Assembly (NCBI GenBank): GCA_964623675.1
Contig: CAZUSM010000001.1
Span: 1-51,806 of the forward strand
Source: an uncultured Oscillospiraceae bacterium
Lineage (GTDB): Bacteria; Bacillota; Clostridia; Oscillospirales; Oscillospiraceae
Reading direction: 5' to 3'
DNA: 51,806 nt
Shown here: one piece after another, positions 36,399 through 45,667 of the stretch
How the letters are laid out: every line of letters starts with the position of its first letter
Position numbering within the stretch: the first letter of the stretch is position 1
The notes under the pieces: model-generated
Told to the model about the DNA's origin: nothing
The model's input: only the letters and a program-made list of their open reading frames with translations
The model's database searches: none
Made by a program: the position numbers and the translations under genes

Positions 36399-37412
36399 AT
36401 GGTCTCAATGAAAGAAATCGCACAGCGCTGCGGCGTGTCCATCGCCACGGTCAGCAAGGCGCTCAACGGCCAGCCCGACATCGGCGAGGAAACGCGCGAG
36501 CGCATCGCCCGCATGGCCGACGAGCTGGGCTACATGACCAACTCCGCCGCCCGCGCGCTCAAAACGAATCGCACCTATAACATTGGCATACTCTTTGTTG
36601 ACGAGCAGAGCAGCGGCCTTGCGCACGAATATTTCTCCGCCGTGCTCGACAGCCTCAAGGTCGAGGCCGAGGCGCAGGGCTATGACGTCACATTTATCAA
36701 TAAGAACATCGGCCGCCGCGCGTCGAGCTATTTGCAGCACTGCCTGTATCGCGGCGTGGACGGCGTGATAATCGCATGTGTCGACTTCACCGACCCGCAG
36801 GTGCAAGAGCTTGTGGCCTCCGAGCTGCCCGTCGTCACCATCGACCATATTTTCAACAACTGCCTCGCCGTCGTGTCCGACAACGTCAACGGAATGAGCG
36901 AGCTTGTCAAATACGCCCACTCCATGGGTCACCGCCGCATCGCCTATATCCACGGCGAGCACACCGCCGTCACCGAAAACCGCCTCACCGGCTTTTACCG
37001 CGCCTGTGATGAGCTTGGCCTTGACGTGCCGGAGGAGTATATCCGCGAAAGCCGCTACCACGACGCCGAGGGCTGCGCCCGCGTCACGCGCGAGCTTCTG
37101 CGCCTCAACCCGCGCCCCACCTGCATTCTCTTCCCCGACGATTATTCATATATCGGCGGCATGAACGCGATAAACGAGCTTGGTCTGCGCGTCCCGGAGG
37201 ACATCTCCGCCATCGGCTATGACGGCATCGGCCTTGCCGACATCGTCAGCCCCAAGCTCACCACCTACTGCCAAAACACCGCCGAGCTTGGCCGCCTCGC
37301 GGCAAAGGGGCTGGTTGACCTCATCGAGCGTCCGAAGACCACGCTGCTCGACCGCGTCATCGTCAACGGCCGCATCCGCGTCCGCTCATCGGTTGCGGAC
37401 ATCAACGAATAA
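36399..37412 (+). CDS. LacI-family transcriptional regulator
   Basis: N-terminal HTH MKEIAQRCGVSIATVSKALNG.. followed by a periplasmic-binding-protein-like sugar-binding core. Alternative start at ATG 36408. Confidence 0.93.
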   Translation: MVSMKEIAQRCGVSIATVSKALNGQPDIGEETRERIARMADELGYMTNSAARALKTNRTYNIGILFVDEQSSGLAHEYFSAVLDSLKVEAEAQGYDVTFINKNIGRRASSYLQHCLYRGVDGVIIACVDFTDPQVQELVASELPVVTIDHIFNNCLAVVSDNVNGMSELVKYAHSMGHRRIAYIHGEHTAVTENRLTGFYRACDELGLDVPEEYIRESRYHDAEGCARVTRELLRLNPRPTCILFPDDYSYIGGMNAINELGLRVPEDISAIGYDGIGLADIVSPKLTTYCQNTAELGRLAAKGLVDLIERPKTTLLDRVIVNGRIRVRSSVADINE

Positions 37413-37468
37413 GGTGATAACTGCTTTGCAGTCAAAATAAATCACAAAAAACTAGGAGGAATATCTAA

Positions 37469-38833
37469 ATGAAAAAGGCATTAGCACTTATTCTTGCCCT
37501 CGTCATGGTGTTCGCTCTCTGCGCCTGCGGCCAGAGCGCCGCTCCCGCCGAGGAAGCCGCCCCTGCCGAAGCACCCGCTGCCGCCGAAGCGCCCGCCGCC
37601 GAGGAAGCTGCGTCCGCTGAAAAGTTCTATGTTTGGGCATGGAACACCGACTTTGTCACCATTCTCGAAAAGGTGCTCCCGCAGTACCTCAGCGAGGACG
37701 AAATCGCCCGCATTGAGTTCGTCAACGTCGGCGACTCCAGCATCTATCAGGAAAAGATAGACGCCATTCTCGCAGACCCCACCAATGAGCAGTACCCCGA
37801 CATCATGCTCCTCGAAGTCGGCTACGTCCAGAAGTACGTTCAGTCCGGCCTTTTGAAGAACGTCGAGGATCTCGGCATCACGGATGCTGACCTTGCCAAC
37901 ATGTATGAGTACAACCTCTCCCTCGGCACTGATGCCGCCTCCGGCGACACTTACGCCCTCTTCTGGCAGGCCACTCCGGGCGGATGGCAGATCCGCACCG
38001 ACCTTGCCGAAAAGTACCTCGGCACGACCGACCCCGCTGAGCTTCAGGAAATGCTCGGCACTTGGGACAAGGTTGTTGAAGTCTCCGCCGCCGTCAACGA
38101 AGCCTCCGGCGGCAAGGTCAAGCTCCTCTCCGGCGCTGATGACCTCAAGTACGTTTTCTGCAACGGCGCTCGCACCACAGCATGGTATGATGAAAATGAC
38201 AACATCGTCGTCGACGATGCCATCAAGGAATACTTTGAGCTGTCCAAGAAGCTCGACGGCCTGACCTTCGACGCCAAGATGTGGGGCACCGACTGGGCCG
38301 CACTCAAAGACGGCGACGGCGAGACCACCGAGGCCTGCATCGCCTTCACCGGCTGCCCGTGGTACACCTACTGGTGCCTGACCGACACCTGGTCCGACAA
38401 CTGCATCCTCATTCAGGGTCCGCAGGCTTACTACTGGGGCGGCACCGGCCTTGCGGCCACTGCCGACTGCTCTGACCTTGACCTCGCTCAGAAGATTCTT
38501 TACTACACCACCTGCAACGCCGAGTCCATGATCGCCATCAACTCCGCCAACGGCGACTTCGTCAACAACAAAGAAGCCATCGCCTACATCGAGGAGAACG
38601 GCTCCGGCACGACCAGCACCTTCAAGTGCTCCAACGGTCAGGACATCGTCAAGTTCTTTGCCGATAAGTGCGAGGGCATCAGCGTCCTGGCAGTCGGCGA
38701 GGATCAGAAGATTTGCGAAAACCTGCTCCCCGCGGCAGTTGACGCTTACGTCGCCGGCGGCGACCTGGATGCGGCCATCGCCTCCTTCGTCAACTCCATC
38801 CACGACACCTTCTCTTACCTCAACGTCGCATAA
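37469..38833 (+). CDS. CUT1-family sugar ABC transporter substrate-binding lipoprotein
   Basis: Lipobox ALCACG, an Ala/Pro/Glu linker and a family-1 SBP body. AGGAGG RBS. Followed by two MalF/MalG-type permease genes. Confidence 0.88.
   Translation: MKKALALILALVMVFALCACGQSAAPAEEAAPAEAPAAAEAPAAEEAASAEKFYVWAWNTDFVTILEKVLPQYLSEDEIARIEFVNVGDSSIYQEKIDAILADPTNEQYPDIMLLEVGYVQKYVQSGLLKNVEDLGITDADLANMYEYNLSLGTDAASGDTYALFWQATPGGWQIRTDLAEKYLGTTDPAELQEMLGTWDKVVEVSAAVNEASGGKVKLLSGADDLKYVFCNGARTTAWYDENDNIVVDDAIKEYFELSKKLDGLTFDAKMWGTDWAALKDGDGETTEACIAFTGCPWYTYWCLTDTWSDNCILIQGPQAYYWGGTGLAATADCSDLDLAQKILYYTTCNAESMIAINSANGDFVNNKEAIAYIEENGSGTTSTFKCSNGQDIVKFFADKCEGISVLAVGEDQKICENLLPAAVDAYVAGGDLDAAIASFVNSIHDTFSYLNVA
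37538..37617 (+). repeat. low-complexity GC-rich segment encoding an A/P/E linker
   Basis: Encodes APAEEAAPAEAPAAAEAPAAEEAASAE, the same linker type as in the MglB-like lipoprotein. Confidence 0.6.
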
Positions 38834-38845
38834 GCATTGATTATT

Positions 38846-38874
38846 GCGCCCTCCCGTCATGGGCGGGAGGGCGC
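38846..38874 (+). other. GC-rich intra-operon stem-loop after the binding-protein gene (no U-tract)
   Basis: GCGCCCTCCCG (38846-38856) pairs perfectly with CGGGAGGGCGC (38864-38874). The following sequence GTTCCCTG is not T-rich. Confidence 0.7.
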
Positions 38875-38917
38875 GTTCCCTGTTTCCCGATCATCTTAAA
38901 AAGGGGATGTGACCGCC

Positions 38918-39901
38918 ATGAAGCAAAAAAAGAACAAAGCACCCCGTTCCGTCAGCTACAGCCGCTACGGCTATTATTTCATTCTCCCGTTTTTCATCGT
39001 GTACGCGATTTTGTCGCTGTGGCCGCTGCTCAGCACGTTTTACTACAGCCTTTTCGAGTACACCACCCGAAATTTGAAAGAAACAGTCTCCTTTGCGGGG
39101 CTGCTGAATTATAAAAAGCTTTTGGGTCTCGTCGAGGGCGAAACGCCGTATTTCCTCAAGTATTTGGGCAACACGGTGCGTATATGGTTTTTTAACTTCG
39201 TCCCGCAGATTCTGTTGAGCCTTCTGCTTGCCGCATGGCTCACGGACAACCGCAAAAAGCTCAAGGCGCGCGGGCTTTATAAAATCATGATTTATATGCC
39301 CAATATCATCACCGCCGCCTCCATCTCCATGCTTTTCTATGCGTTTCTCAACCAGTTCGGCCCTGTCATGACCGCCTTGCGCAACCTCGGCTGGATCGCG
39401 CAGGACGCGAACATCATGACCAGCAAATGGGGCACAAGCCTTGCCATCTCGTTCATCCTCTTTTGGATGTGGTACGGCAACACCACGCTCCTGCTCATCT
39501 CCGGCATGCTCGGCATCAACAGCTCGCTTTATGAGGCGGCGGATATCGACGGGGCGAGCGGCTGGCAGAAGTTCACGCGCATCACCGTGCCGCTTTTGAA
39601 GCCCGTTTTGATGTACGTCCTCGTCACCTCCGCCATCGGCGGCTTGCAGCTTTATGACATTCCGGCGCTGTTCAACGTCTCCGGCTCAATCGGCATGCCC
39701 GACGACACCAGCACCACCGTCACCATGTACATCATGCGCCTTTACACCACCGACCTCGGCCGCGCGAGCGCCGTGTCGATTCTCCTCTTTGTCGTCACCA
39801 TGCTCGTCAGCCTCGTCCTGCTTTACACCATGCGCCAAACCGACACTCTGCCCCGCCGCCGCAGACACGGCGCGCTGAAAGGAGGCCACGGAAATGACTG
39901 A
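38918..39901 (+). CDS. sugar ABC transporter permease (MalF/UgpA type)
   Basis: Six TM segments and an EAA loop ..LYEAADIDGASGWQKFTRITVPLLKP... AAGGGGA (38901-38907) is best spaced for the ATG at 38918. The ORF-track GTG at 38909 is too close to the RBS. Confidence 0.9.
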   Translation: MKQKKNKAPRSVSYSRYGYYFILPFFIVYAILSLWPLLSTFYYSLFEYTTRNLKETVSFAGLLNYKKLLGLVEGETPYFLKYLGNTVRIWFFNFVPQILLSLLLAAWLTDNRKKLKARGLYKIMIYMPNIITAASISMLFYAFLNQFGPVMTALRNLGWIAQDANIMTSKWGTSLAISFILFWMWYGNTTLLLISGMLGINSSLYEAADIDGASGWQKFTRITVPLLKPVLMYVLVTSAIGGLQLYDIPALFNVSGSIGMPDDTSTTVTMYIMRLYTTDLGRASAVSILLFVVTMLVSLVLLYTMRQTDTLPRRRRHGALKGGHGND

Positions 39902-40760
39902 TAACCGCCTTTCCGACCGCGCCCGGCTTGAGCGCAGCAAGCGCCTGCGCTCTGTCGTGTTCATTCTCCTGTGTCTCATCAGCCTTTTGCCCTTTTACCT
40001 CATGTTCGTCAACGCCACGCGCTCGTCCAATGAGGTCAAGTCCGGCATATCCTTCGTTTTCGGCGATTATCTCTCCCGCAACATCGCCACCTTCAACCAA
40101 AAGCAGCAGGGTCTCGGCGTCACGGCGTATCAAAGCATGCTCAACTCTCTGCTCGTCTCCGTGCCGTTCACCGCGCTCTCGGTTTATTTCTCCGCCCTCA
40201 CGGCCTACGGCATTCATGCGTATGAGTTCAAGGCCAAGAAGCTCGCCTGGGCGTTCATTCTCGGCGTCATGATGGTTCCCACTCAGGTTTACGCCGTCGG
40301 CTATTACAAGTTCATGATCAAGCTCGGCCTCATCGACACGTTTTGGCCGCTCATTCTCCCTGGCATCACCACACCCGCCGTCGTGTTTTTCATGCGGCAG
40401 TATCTTTTGGGCGCGCTGCCGCTTGAGGTGGTCGAGGCCGCGCGCATCGACGGTTCGGGCGAGTTCCACACGTTCAACACCGTCGTTCTCCCCATCATGA
40501 AGCCCGCCCTCGCCACTCAGGCCATTTTCCAGTTCGTCGCCAGCTGGAACAATCTCTTCCTCCCCAGCCTTATCATCAATTCCACCGGCAAAAAAACGCT
40601 CACCATGTTCGTCCAAATGCTCATGGGCGAGTCGTTCCGCACCGATTACGGCGTCATTTTCCTCTCCCTGTCCATCACGATTCTCCCCATGTTCGTCATG
40701 TACTTCATCCTCTCCCGCTACATAGTCGAAGGCGTCTCCATGGGCAGCGTCAAGGAATAA
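39894..40760 (+). CDS. sugar ABC transporter permease (MalG/UgpE type)
   Basis: EAA loop ..VVEAARIDGSGEFHTFNTVVLPIMKPAL... Overlaps the upstream gene by 8 nt. Confidence 0.9.
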   Translation: MTDNRLSDRARLERSKRLRSVVFILLCLISLLPFYLMFVNATRSSNEVKSGISFVFGDYLSRNIATFNQKQQGLGVTAYQSMLNSLLVSVPFTALSVYFSALTAYGIHAYEFKAKKLAWAFILGVMMVPTQVYAVGYYKFMIKLGLIDTFWPLILPGITTPAVVFFMRQYLLGALPLEVVEAARIDGSGEFHTFNTVVLPIMKPALATQAIFQFVASWNNLFLPSLIINSTGKKTLTMFVQMLMGESFRTDYGVIFLSLSITILPMFVMYFILSRYIVEGVSMGSVKE

Positions 40761-40776
40761 AAACCGCATAAAACTT

Positions 40777-40811
40777 TTTGCAGACGCGATTTTTCGCGTC
40801 TGCAAATTTTT
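40777..40811. terminator. bidirectional terminator
   Basis: TTTGCAGACGCG (40777-40788) pairs with CGCGTCTGCAAA (40795-40806), followed by TTTTT. It is shared with the convergent DeoR gene. Confidence 0.85.
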
Positions 40812-40836
40812 GTCTCCGAATATACCCCCCGCCGGC

Positions 40837-41613
40837 TCACAGCACTTCAATGCCGTTTTTCTCAATAACGCTTTTTATATCCGATGGCATATCGTCGTCG
40901 GATATTATTATGTCCACGTCGTTAAAATCCGCGTGCGTGATGGGGTATACCTGCCCTATCTTTTTCGACGTGAGCGGGACGATGACCTTGCTCGCTTTTT
41001 TTATGACGCTCCATCTCGGCCCGTCCACGACCTCCTTGCCGCAGGAAAAACCCGCGTTGATATCAAACGCCGCCGTTGAAAGAAACATCAGGTCAAAATT
41101 CATGTGGGATATCTCGCGGTCGCTTGTTGTGCTGTCGCAGCAGCAGTTATAGCGGTTCAGCATTCCGCCCAGCAGCATCACCGACGGCTTTTTCTTTTCC
41201 GCCAGAGTGTATGCCACGCTTATGCTGTTTGTCACGATGGTGCACCATTCGTCCGGGAAAAGCCGCGCAATATCGGTTATGCCGACGCCGCAGTCCATAT
41301 AAATTGTGACAAACGGCTTTTTCGCAAGCTCTTTTTTCAAATACTCCTGCGCCTTGCACGCAATTTGCATTCTGTGCTCTCTGTCGCGTGTGTCGCGCAG
41401 AAAATAGCTGTCATCGGCGCGCGCGTCGATGATTGTCGACCGCGCCCCGCCGCGCACGCGGTTAATGCGCCCTTGCTCATCAAGCTCCTTCAAATCGGTT
41501 CTCAGCGTCATCTCCGATACGTCGGGGAATCTTTGCTTCAATTCGCCGAAATTGACAAGCCCTTTTTCATTTATAAACTCAACCATATCGCTTCGTCTGC
41601 GCAGTCTGCTCAT
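40837..41613 (-). CDS. DeoR-family transcriptional regulator
   Basis: HTH ..VNFGELKQRFPDVSEMTLRTDLKELDEQGRINRVRGGA.. plus a DeoR C-terminal sensor domain. Confidence 0.92.
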   Translation of the reverse strand: MSRLRRRSDMVEFINEKGLVNFGELKQRFPDVSEMTLRTDLKELDEQGRINRVRGGARSTIIDARADDSYFLRDTRDREHRMQIACKAQEYLKKELAKKPFVTIYMDCGVGITDIARLFPDEWCTIVTNSISVAYTLAEKKKPSVMLLGGMLNRYNCCCDSTTSDREISHMNFDLMFLSTAAFDINAGFSCGKEVVDGPRWSVIKKASKVIVPLTSKKIGQVYPITHADFNDVDIIISDDDMPSDIKSVIEKNGIEVL

Positions 41614-41690
41614 CGTTTGCCCTCCCTGTGATGTGTTATCGCGTATCTCTCTGTTTCAGATAATACACGATTGTATAAAAAATATCAAGA

Positions 41691-41729
41691 AAACTTTTGA
41701 AATTTCACAAAAACTTTTGAATTTTCAAC
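41691..41729. promoter_or_regulatory. tandem 20-bp direct repeats, candidate DeoR operator
   Basis: AAACTTTTGAAATTTCAC (41691-41708) and AAACTTTTGAATTTTCAAC (41711-41729). The first contains the perfect palindrome TGAAATTTCA (41698-41707). Located in the divergent DeoR/TRAP intergenic region. Confidence 0.5.
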
Positions 41730-41931
41730 AGTAATTATAAAAACCGCGAAAATTATTTTGTGCTTAATCTAATAAAAGCCACAGAGAAATTTGTCTATTA
41801 AGCAGAAATCGCGGTTCTTGCGTATTTTTGTGTTGAAATACATTGTTGTTGATGTTAGATTAGGCATGCAAACAAACGTAAAGAACGCGCAAAGAAAACC
41901 GCGTTCAAAAAACGAAAAGGAGACATCACAA

Positions 41932-42981
41932 ATGAAAAAACTTCTTGCACTGCTTTTGTCCGTTGTCATGGTGTTTGCTCTGTGCGCCTGCGGCCAGACC
42001 GCCGCAAAGAGCGATGCGCCCGCGGCTGCCCCCGCAGAGACGCTCACCAAGCCCATCGAGATAAAGCTCACCACCACCGATCCCACGGGCTGCCCCACCG
42101 TTTTGGAGCTTGAAGCCTGTGCAGACGAGATTCGCGAGGCGACCGACGGCATGATCGACATTCAGGTTTATGCCGACGGACAGATGCTCGTTTACGCCGA
42201 GGGCGTTGAGGCAATGATGTCGAACGCAAATCTGTTCCTCGTTGCCACCCCCAGCTACCTCGTTGACTATGTCCCCGTCATGAGCACCATCGTCTCCCCG
42301 TATCTGTTCTCCAGCCGCGAAGTGGCCGCCGCCTTCTTTGACAGCGATTACTTCAAGGGCATCGAGGGCGAGTGCGAGCAGGCCGGCTTCCACGTCATCT
42401 GCAACGACGGCCTCATCGGCTACCGCTCCGTGTGCGCCAGCGCGCCCGTTGAAAGCCTTGCCGACATCCAAAAGCTCAGCCTCCGCATTTCCTCCGGCGA
42501 CGTCATGAACAAGCTTTTCACCGACCTCAAGTGCAACTACACTGTCATGAGCTTCTCCGACGTTTTCAATGCCATGCAGACCGGCGCGATTGACGGCCTT
42601 GAGTGCGTCCCCCTCACCATCACCGCCAACGCCCTCTATGACGCAATGAGCCCCCTTTACTACTCCCGCACCAACCACATCCTCGACTGCTACGGCATTT
42701 ACTGCGGCTATGACTTCTGGAACAGCATTCCCGAAAACTACCGCGATATAATCACCGAGATTCTCGGCAACTGGGGCAAGCGCGCGACTGCGGCCTGCGT
42801 TGACCAGGAGGAGAATATCATCTACAAGCAGTACGACGAGCATGATGTCCATGTTGTCGATCTCAGCGAAGAGGCGATGGCAGACTTCCGCGCTGTCGGC
42901 CAGCAGGTCGTGCGCGAGCAGGAGCGCGGCGATGAGGTTCTTGCCGCTGTCGCCGAAATAGAGGCCTCACTCAAGGGTTAA
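41932..42981 (+). CDS. TRAP transporter substrate-binding protein (DctP family), lipoprotein-anchored
   Basis: MKKLLALLLSVVMVFALCACG lipobox and a DctP-type body. AAAAGGAGA RBS sits before the ATG at 41932. The ORF-track start at 41791 is an upstream artefact. Confidence 0.88.
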   Translation: MKKLLALLLSVVMVFALCACGQTAAKSDAPAAAPAETLTKPIEIKLTTTDPTGCPTVLELEACADEIREATDGMIDIQVYADGQMLVYAEGVEAMMSNANLFLVATPSYLVDYVPVMSTIVSPYLFSSREVAAAFFDSDYFKGIEGECEQAGFHVICNDGLIGYRSVCASAPVESLADIQKLSLRISSGDVMNKLFTDLKCNYTVMSFSDVFNAMQTGAIDGLECVPLTITANALYDAMSPLYYSRTNHILDCYGIYCGYDFWNSIPENYRDIITEILGNWGKRATAACVDQEENIIYKQYDEHDVHVVDLSEEAMADFRAVGQQVVREQERGDEVLAAVAEIEASLKG

Positions 42982-43005
42982 ACTGCGCTGTTGTTAAATA
43001 CCTTT

Positions 43006-43040
43006 CGGTTTTCACCCCCACATCACGGGGGTGAAAACCG
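43006..43040 (+). other. intra-operon stem-loop after the TRAP binding-protein gene (no U-tract)
   Basis: CGGTTTTCACCCCC (43006-43019) pairs perfectly with GGGGGTGAAAACCG (43027-43040), followed by ATTATAAAG. Confidence 0.7.
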
Positions 43041-43080
43041 ATTATAAAGAGACAAACCGAAAACAAAGGAGGTTTTCTGC

Positions 43081-43617
43081 TTGAACCTGAAAAAGCTGGA
43101 TGCCTGCGTTAAAAAGCTCGGTGACTGGGGAGACTCGCTCATTTATATCCTCGGCTGTGCGGGCTTGCTGATGGCAGTTGTGCTGTGCATGGCGAACATT
43201 CTTTCGTGGTGGTTCTTGGGCAAGCGCCTTGCCCTCACGGATGAACTGTCGCTTGTCGGGCTTGTGTGGGCGTCTTACGTCGGCATGGGTCTGCTTTACC
43301 GCACCGACGGGCACTGCGTTATGGACTTTATCGTCAAAATATTCCCGCCCAAGGGGCAGGTCGTCATACGCATCATTACGGACATACTCATTTTGGCCGT
43401 TTCCGCTATTGCGGTGTATTATTCATGGAAGCTGTCCGTGAAATCCTTTACGAAGAAGCTCGTTCTCACGAAAATCCCGTATTTTTATTGTGACATCTGC
43501 GTCACTATAGGCTATGGCCACCTGCTTCTTTTGGTCGTGGCGGATATTGTCCGCAATGTGGTCAAGCTCATTAACTGGGACAAACCCGAAGCAGAGGAGG
43601 AAAGCGCCGTATGCTAA
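43081..43617 (+). CDS. TRAP transporter small permease (DctQ family)
   Basis: Four TM segments of typical size. TTG start 8 nt after GGAGG. Overlaps the large-permease gene. Confidence 0.85.
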   Translation: MNLKKLDACVKKLGDWGDSLIYILGCAGLLMAVVLCMANILSWWFLGKRLALTDELSLVGLVWASYVGMGLLYRTDGHCVMDFIVKIFPPKGQVVIRIITDILILAVSAIAVYYSWKLSVKSFTKKLVLTKIPYFYCDICVTIGYGHLLLLVVADIVRNVVKLINWDKPEAEEESAVC

Positions 43618-44900
43618 GCTATTTGCCTGTTCTTTTGGCCTTTGGCCTCATGTTTTTTGCCGTGCCCGTGCCGGTGTGTCTCCTCGCGGGTACAATGCTC
43701 TATTTCGGCGTGATAAATCCTTCCCTCCCGCTCACGAGCGTTTTTCAGAACATCGTCACTCAAAGCATGTCCACCAGCATGATGGCGGCGCCGTTCTTTA
43801 TCCTCGCCGGTTCAATAATGAACTACGCCGGCATAACCGGCAAGCTGCTTGATATGTGCGATTGCCTTTTGGGGCACAAAGAAGGCGGCCTTGCTTACAT
43901 CAATGTTCTCCTCTCCACGCTCAACGGCGGCATGTGCGGCTCGGCAAATGCCGACGCGGCGCTCCAATGCAAGCTCCTTGTGCCTGAAATGGAGAAGAAA
44001 GGCTACCCCCGCCCGTTCTCCACGGCGGTGACGGCGGCATCCTCACTCATCACGCCCATAATCCCGCCCGGAGTCCCGCTTATACTCTACGGCATCATGA
44101 CCGGCGTCTCCGTCGGCAAAATGTGGGTTGCGGGCTATGTGCCGGGCATAATGCTCTGCATCGGCATGATGATAGTGTGCTATATCTACGCCCACAAATA
44201 TCATTGGAAGAGCGCGCGCGAAACCCGCGCCACGTTCAAAGAACTCGTCCGCTCCATAATCAAGTGCTTTTGGGCGCTTTTGATTCCGGTGTTCATGATA
44301 GTCGGTCTGCGCTCCGGCTTTTTCACCGCGACCGAGGGCGGCACTGTCCTCATCATTCTCGCCATTGCCATCGGCATCATTTATCGCTCGCTTAAACTTG
44401 AGCATTTCAAGCCCATCATGATTGACGCATTCCGCGCCACGGCGAACGTCATGCTCATCATCGTCTCGGCTTGCGGCTTCAGCATGTATCTCAGCTGGGA
44501 GCGCATTCCGCACATGATGGCAGAGTGGATGATGACCGTCTCCTCGAACAAGTACATGTTCCTCTTCCTCAGCCAGCTCATCGTGTTCATTCTCGGCATG
44601 TTCCTCGACGGCACTGCGCTTTTGCTCATCCTCACCCCGCTGTTCTATCCCATTGCGCAAAGCTACGGCATTGACCTCATCCAGTTCGGTATGATTATGC
44701 TGGTCAACCTCTACTGCGGCTGCCTCACCCCGCCTTTCGGAACGCTTATGTACGTCACCTGCAACCTGACCGACGTGAGCATACCGCAATTTTGCAAATA
44801 CGGCTGGGCGTTCATCGTCGTCATGCTCTCCGTCTGCCTCATCATGGCAATATTCCCCCAGATTCCCACGTTCCTGCCCAATTTGGTGTACGGTGCGTAG
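43611..44900 (+). CDS. TRAP transporter large permease (DctM family)
   Basis: 429-aa polytopic protein, ..MAAPFFILAGSIMNYAGIT..LSTLNGGMCGSANAD.., typical of DctM. Confidence 0.92.
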   Translation: MLSYLPVLLAFGLMFFAVPVPVCLLAGTMLYFGVINPSLPLTSVFQNIVTQSMSTSMMAAPFFILAGSIMNYAGITGKLLDMCDCLLGHKEGGLAYINVLLSTLNGGMCGSANADAALQCKLLVPEMEKKGYPRPFSTAVTAASSLITPIIPPGVPLILYGIMTGVSVGKMWVAGYVPGIMLCIGMMIVCYIYAHKYHWKSARETRATFKELVRSIIKCFWALLIPVFMIVGLRSGFFTATEGGTVLIILAIAIGIIYRSLKLEHFKPIMIDAFRATANVMLIIVSACGFSMYLSWERIPHMMAEWMMTVSSNKYMFLFLSQLIVFILGMFLDGTALLLILTPLFYPIAQSYGIDLIQFGMIMLVNLYCGCLTPPFGTLMYVTCNLTDVSIPQFCKYGWAFIVVMLSVCLIMAIFPQIPTFLPNLVYGA

Positions 44901-44919
44901 TGAGGAGCTCAGAAGTATA

Positions 44920-45564
44920 ATGAAAAGAATACTATGCTTTGGCGACTCAAATGCTTGGGGGCATATCCCCGCAAAAGGGACGCGCTATGCCTATGATGTC
45001 CGCTGGCCGGGTGTCGCGGCGCAGCTGCTTGGCGACGGCTATCAGATCATTGAGGATAACATCAGCGGCAGAACGACGGTTTTTGAAGACCCTGAACGCG
45101 CAAACCGCTGTGGGCTGAAAAACCTCGGCTATTCTCTGATGGCGCACATGCCGGTGGATCTCGTCATTATTGCGCTGGGAAGCAACGATTTGAAGTTCAC
45201 CGACGCCGAGGGCAGCAAGGCCGGCCTCGAAAAGCTTGTGGACACGGTGTATTCCGCAGATGAGCTTTTCAATCCGCCGTCTCCCGTCTTTTCCGGGGAA
45301 AAGCGCGTGCTCATCGTCGGCCCGGCGTATATCGCCCCCGAAATCGAAACTCTCCGCCCCGAACACAGGCTTGCCCACGCCGCCGCGCAGTCAAAGCTGC
45401 TCACGGTGAATGCGCAGGCCGTTGCAAAGGAGAAGGGCGCGTGGTTTGTCGACGCTTCTGCCGTGGTGTACCCGCCGCTTGATGACTGCCTGCATCTCTC
45501 GCCCGAAAGCCACCACCGCCTCGGCGAGGTAATGGCGGCCAAAATCAAAGAAATACTCGGCTAA
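44920..45564 (+). CDS. SGNH/GDSL-family hydrolase (esterase)
   Basis: Block I ILCFGDSNAWG, block III ..LGSNDL.., and a C-terminal D..H (..DCLHLSPESH..). The ATG at 44920 (MKRIL..) is preferred over the ORF-track GTG at 44893, which overlaps the dctM end. Confidence 0.85.
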   Translation: MKRILCFGDSNAWGHIPAKGTRYAYDVRWPGVAAQLLGDGYQIIEDNISGRTTVFEDPERANRCGLKNLGYSLMAHMPVDLVIIALGSNDLKFTDAEGSKAGLEKLVDTVYSADELFNPPSPVFSGEKRVLIVGPAYIAPEIETLRPEHRLAHAAAQSKLLTVNAQAVAKEKGAWFVDASAVVYPPLDDCLHLSPESHHRLGEVMAAKIKEILG

Positions 45565-45589
45565 TTGTTTTTCCCTTTCATATAAAACG

Positions 45590-45628
45590 TGCCGCAGCGG
45601 CAAAAAACACCGCTGCGGCATGTTTTTT
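45590..45628 (+). terminator. rho-independent terminator of the TRAP/SGNH operon
   Basis: TGCCGCAGCGG (45590-45600) pairs with CCGCTGCGGCA (45610-45620), followed by TGTTTTTT. Confidence 0.85.
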
Positions 45629-45638
45629 CACTTTAACA

Positions 45639-45667
45639 TTGACACCGCCGCCCCGGCGGATTAAAAT
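45639..45667 (+). promoter_or_regulatory. sigma-A promoter of nadE
   Basis: TTGACA (45639-45644), 17 nt, then TAAAAT (45662-45667). Confidence 0.65.
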
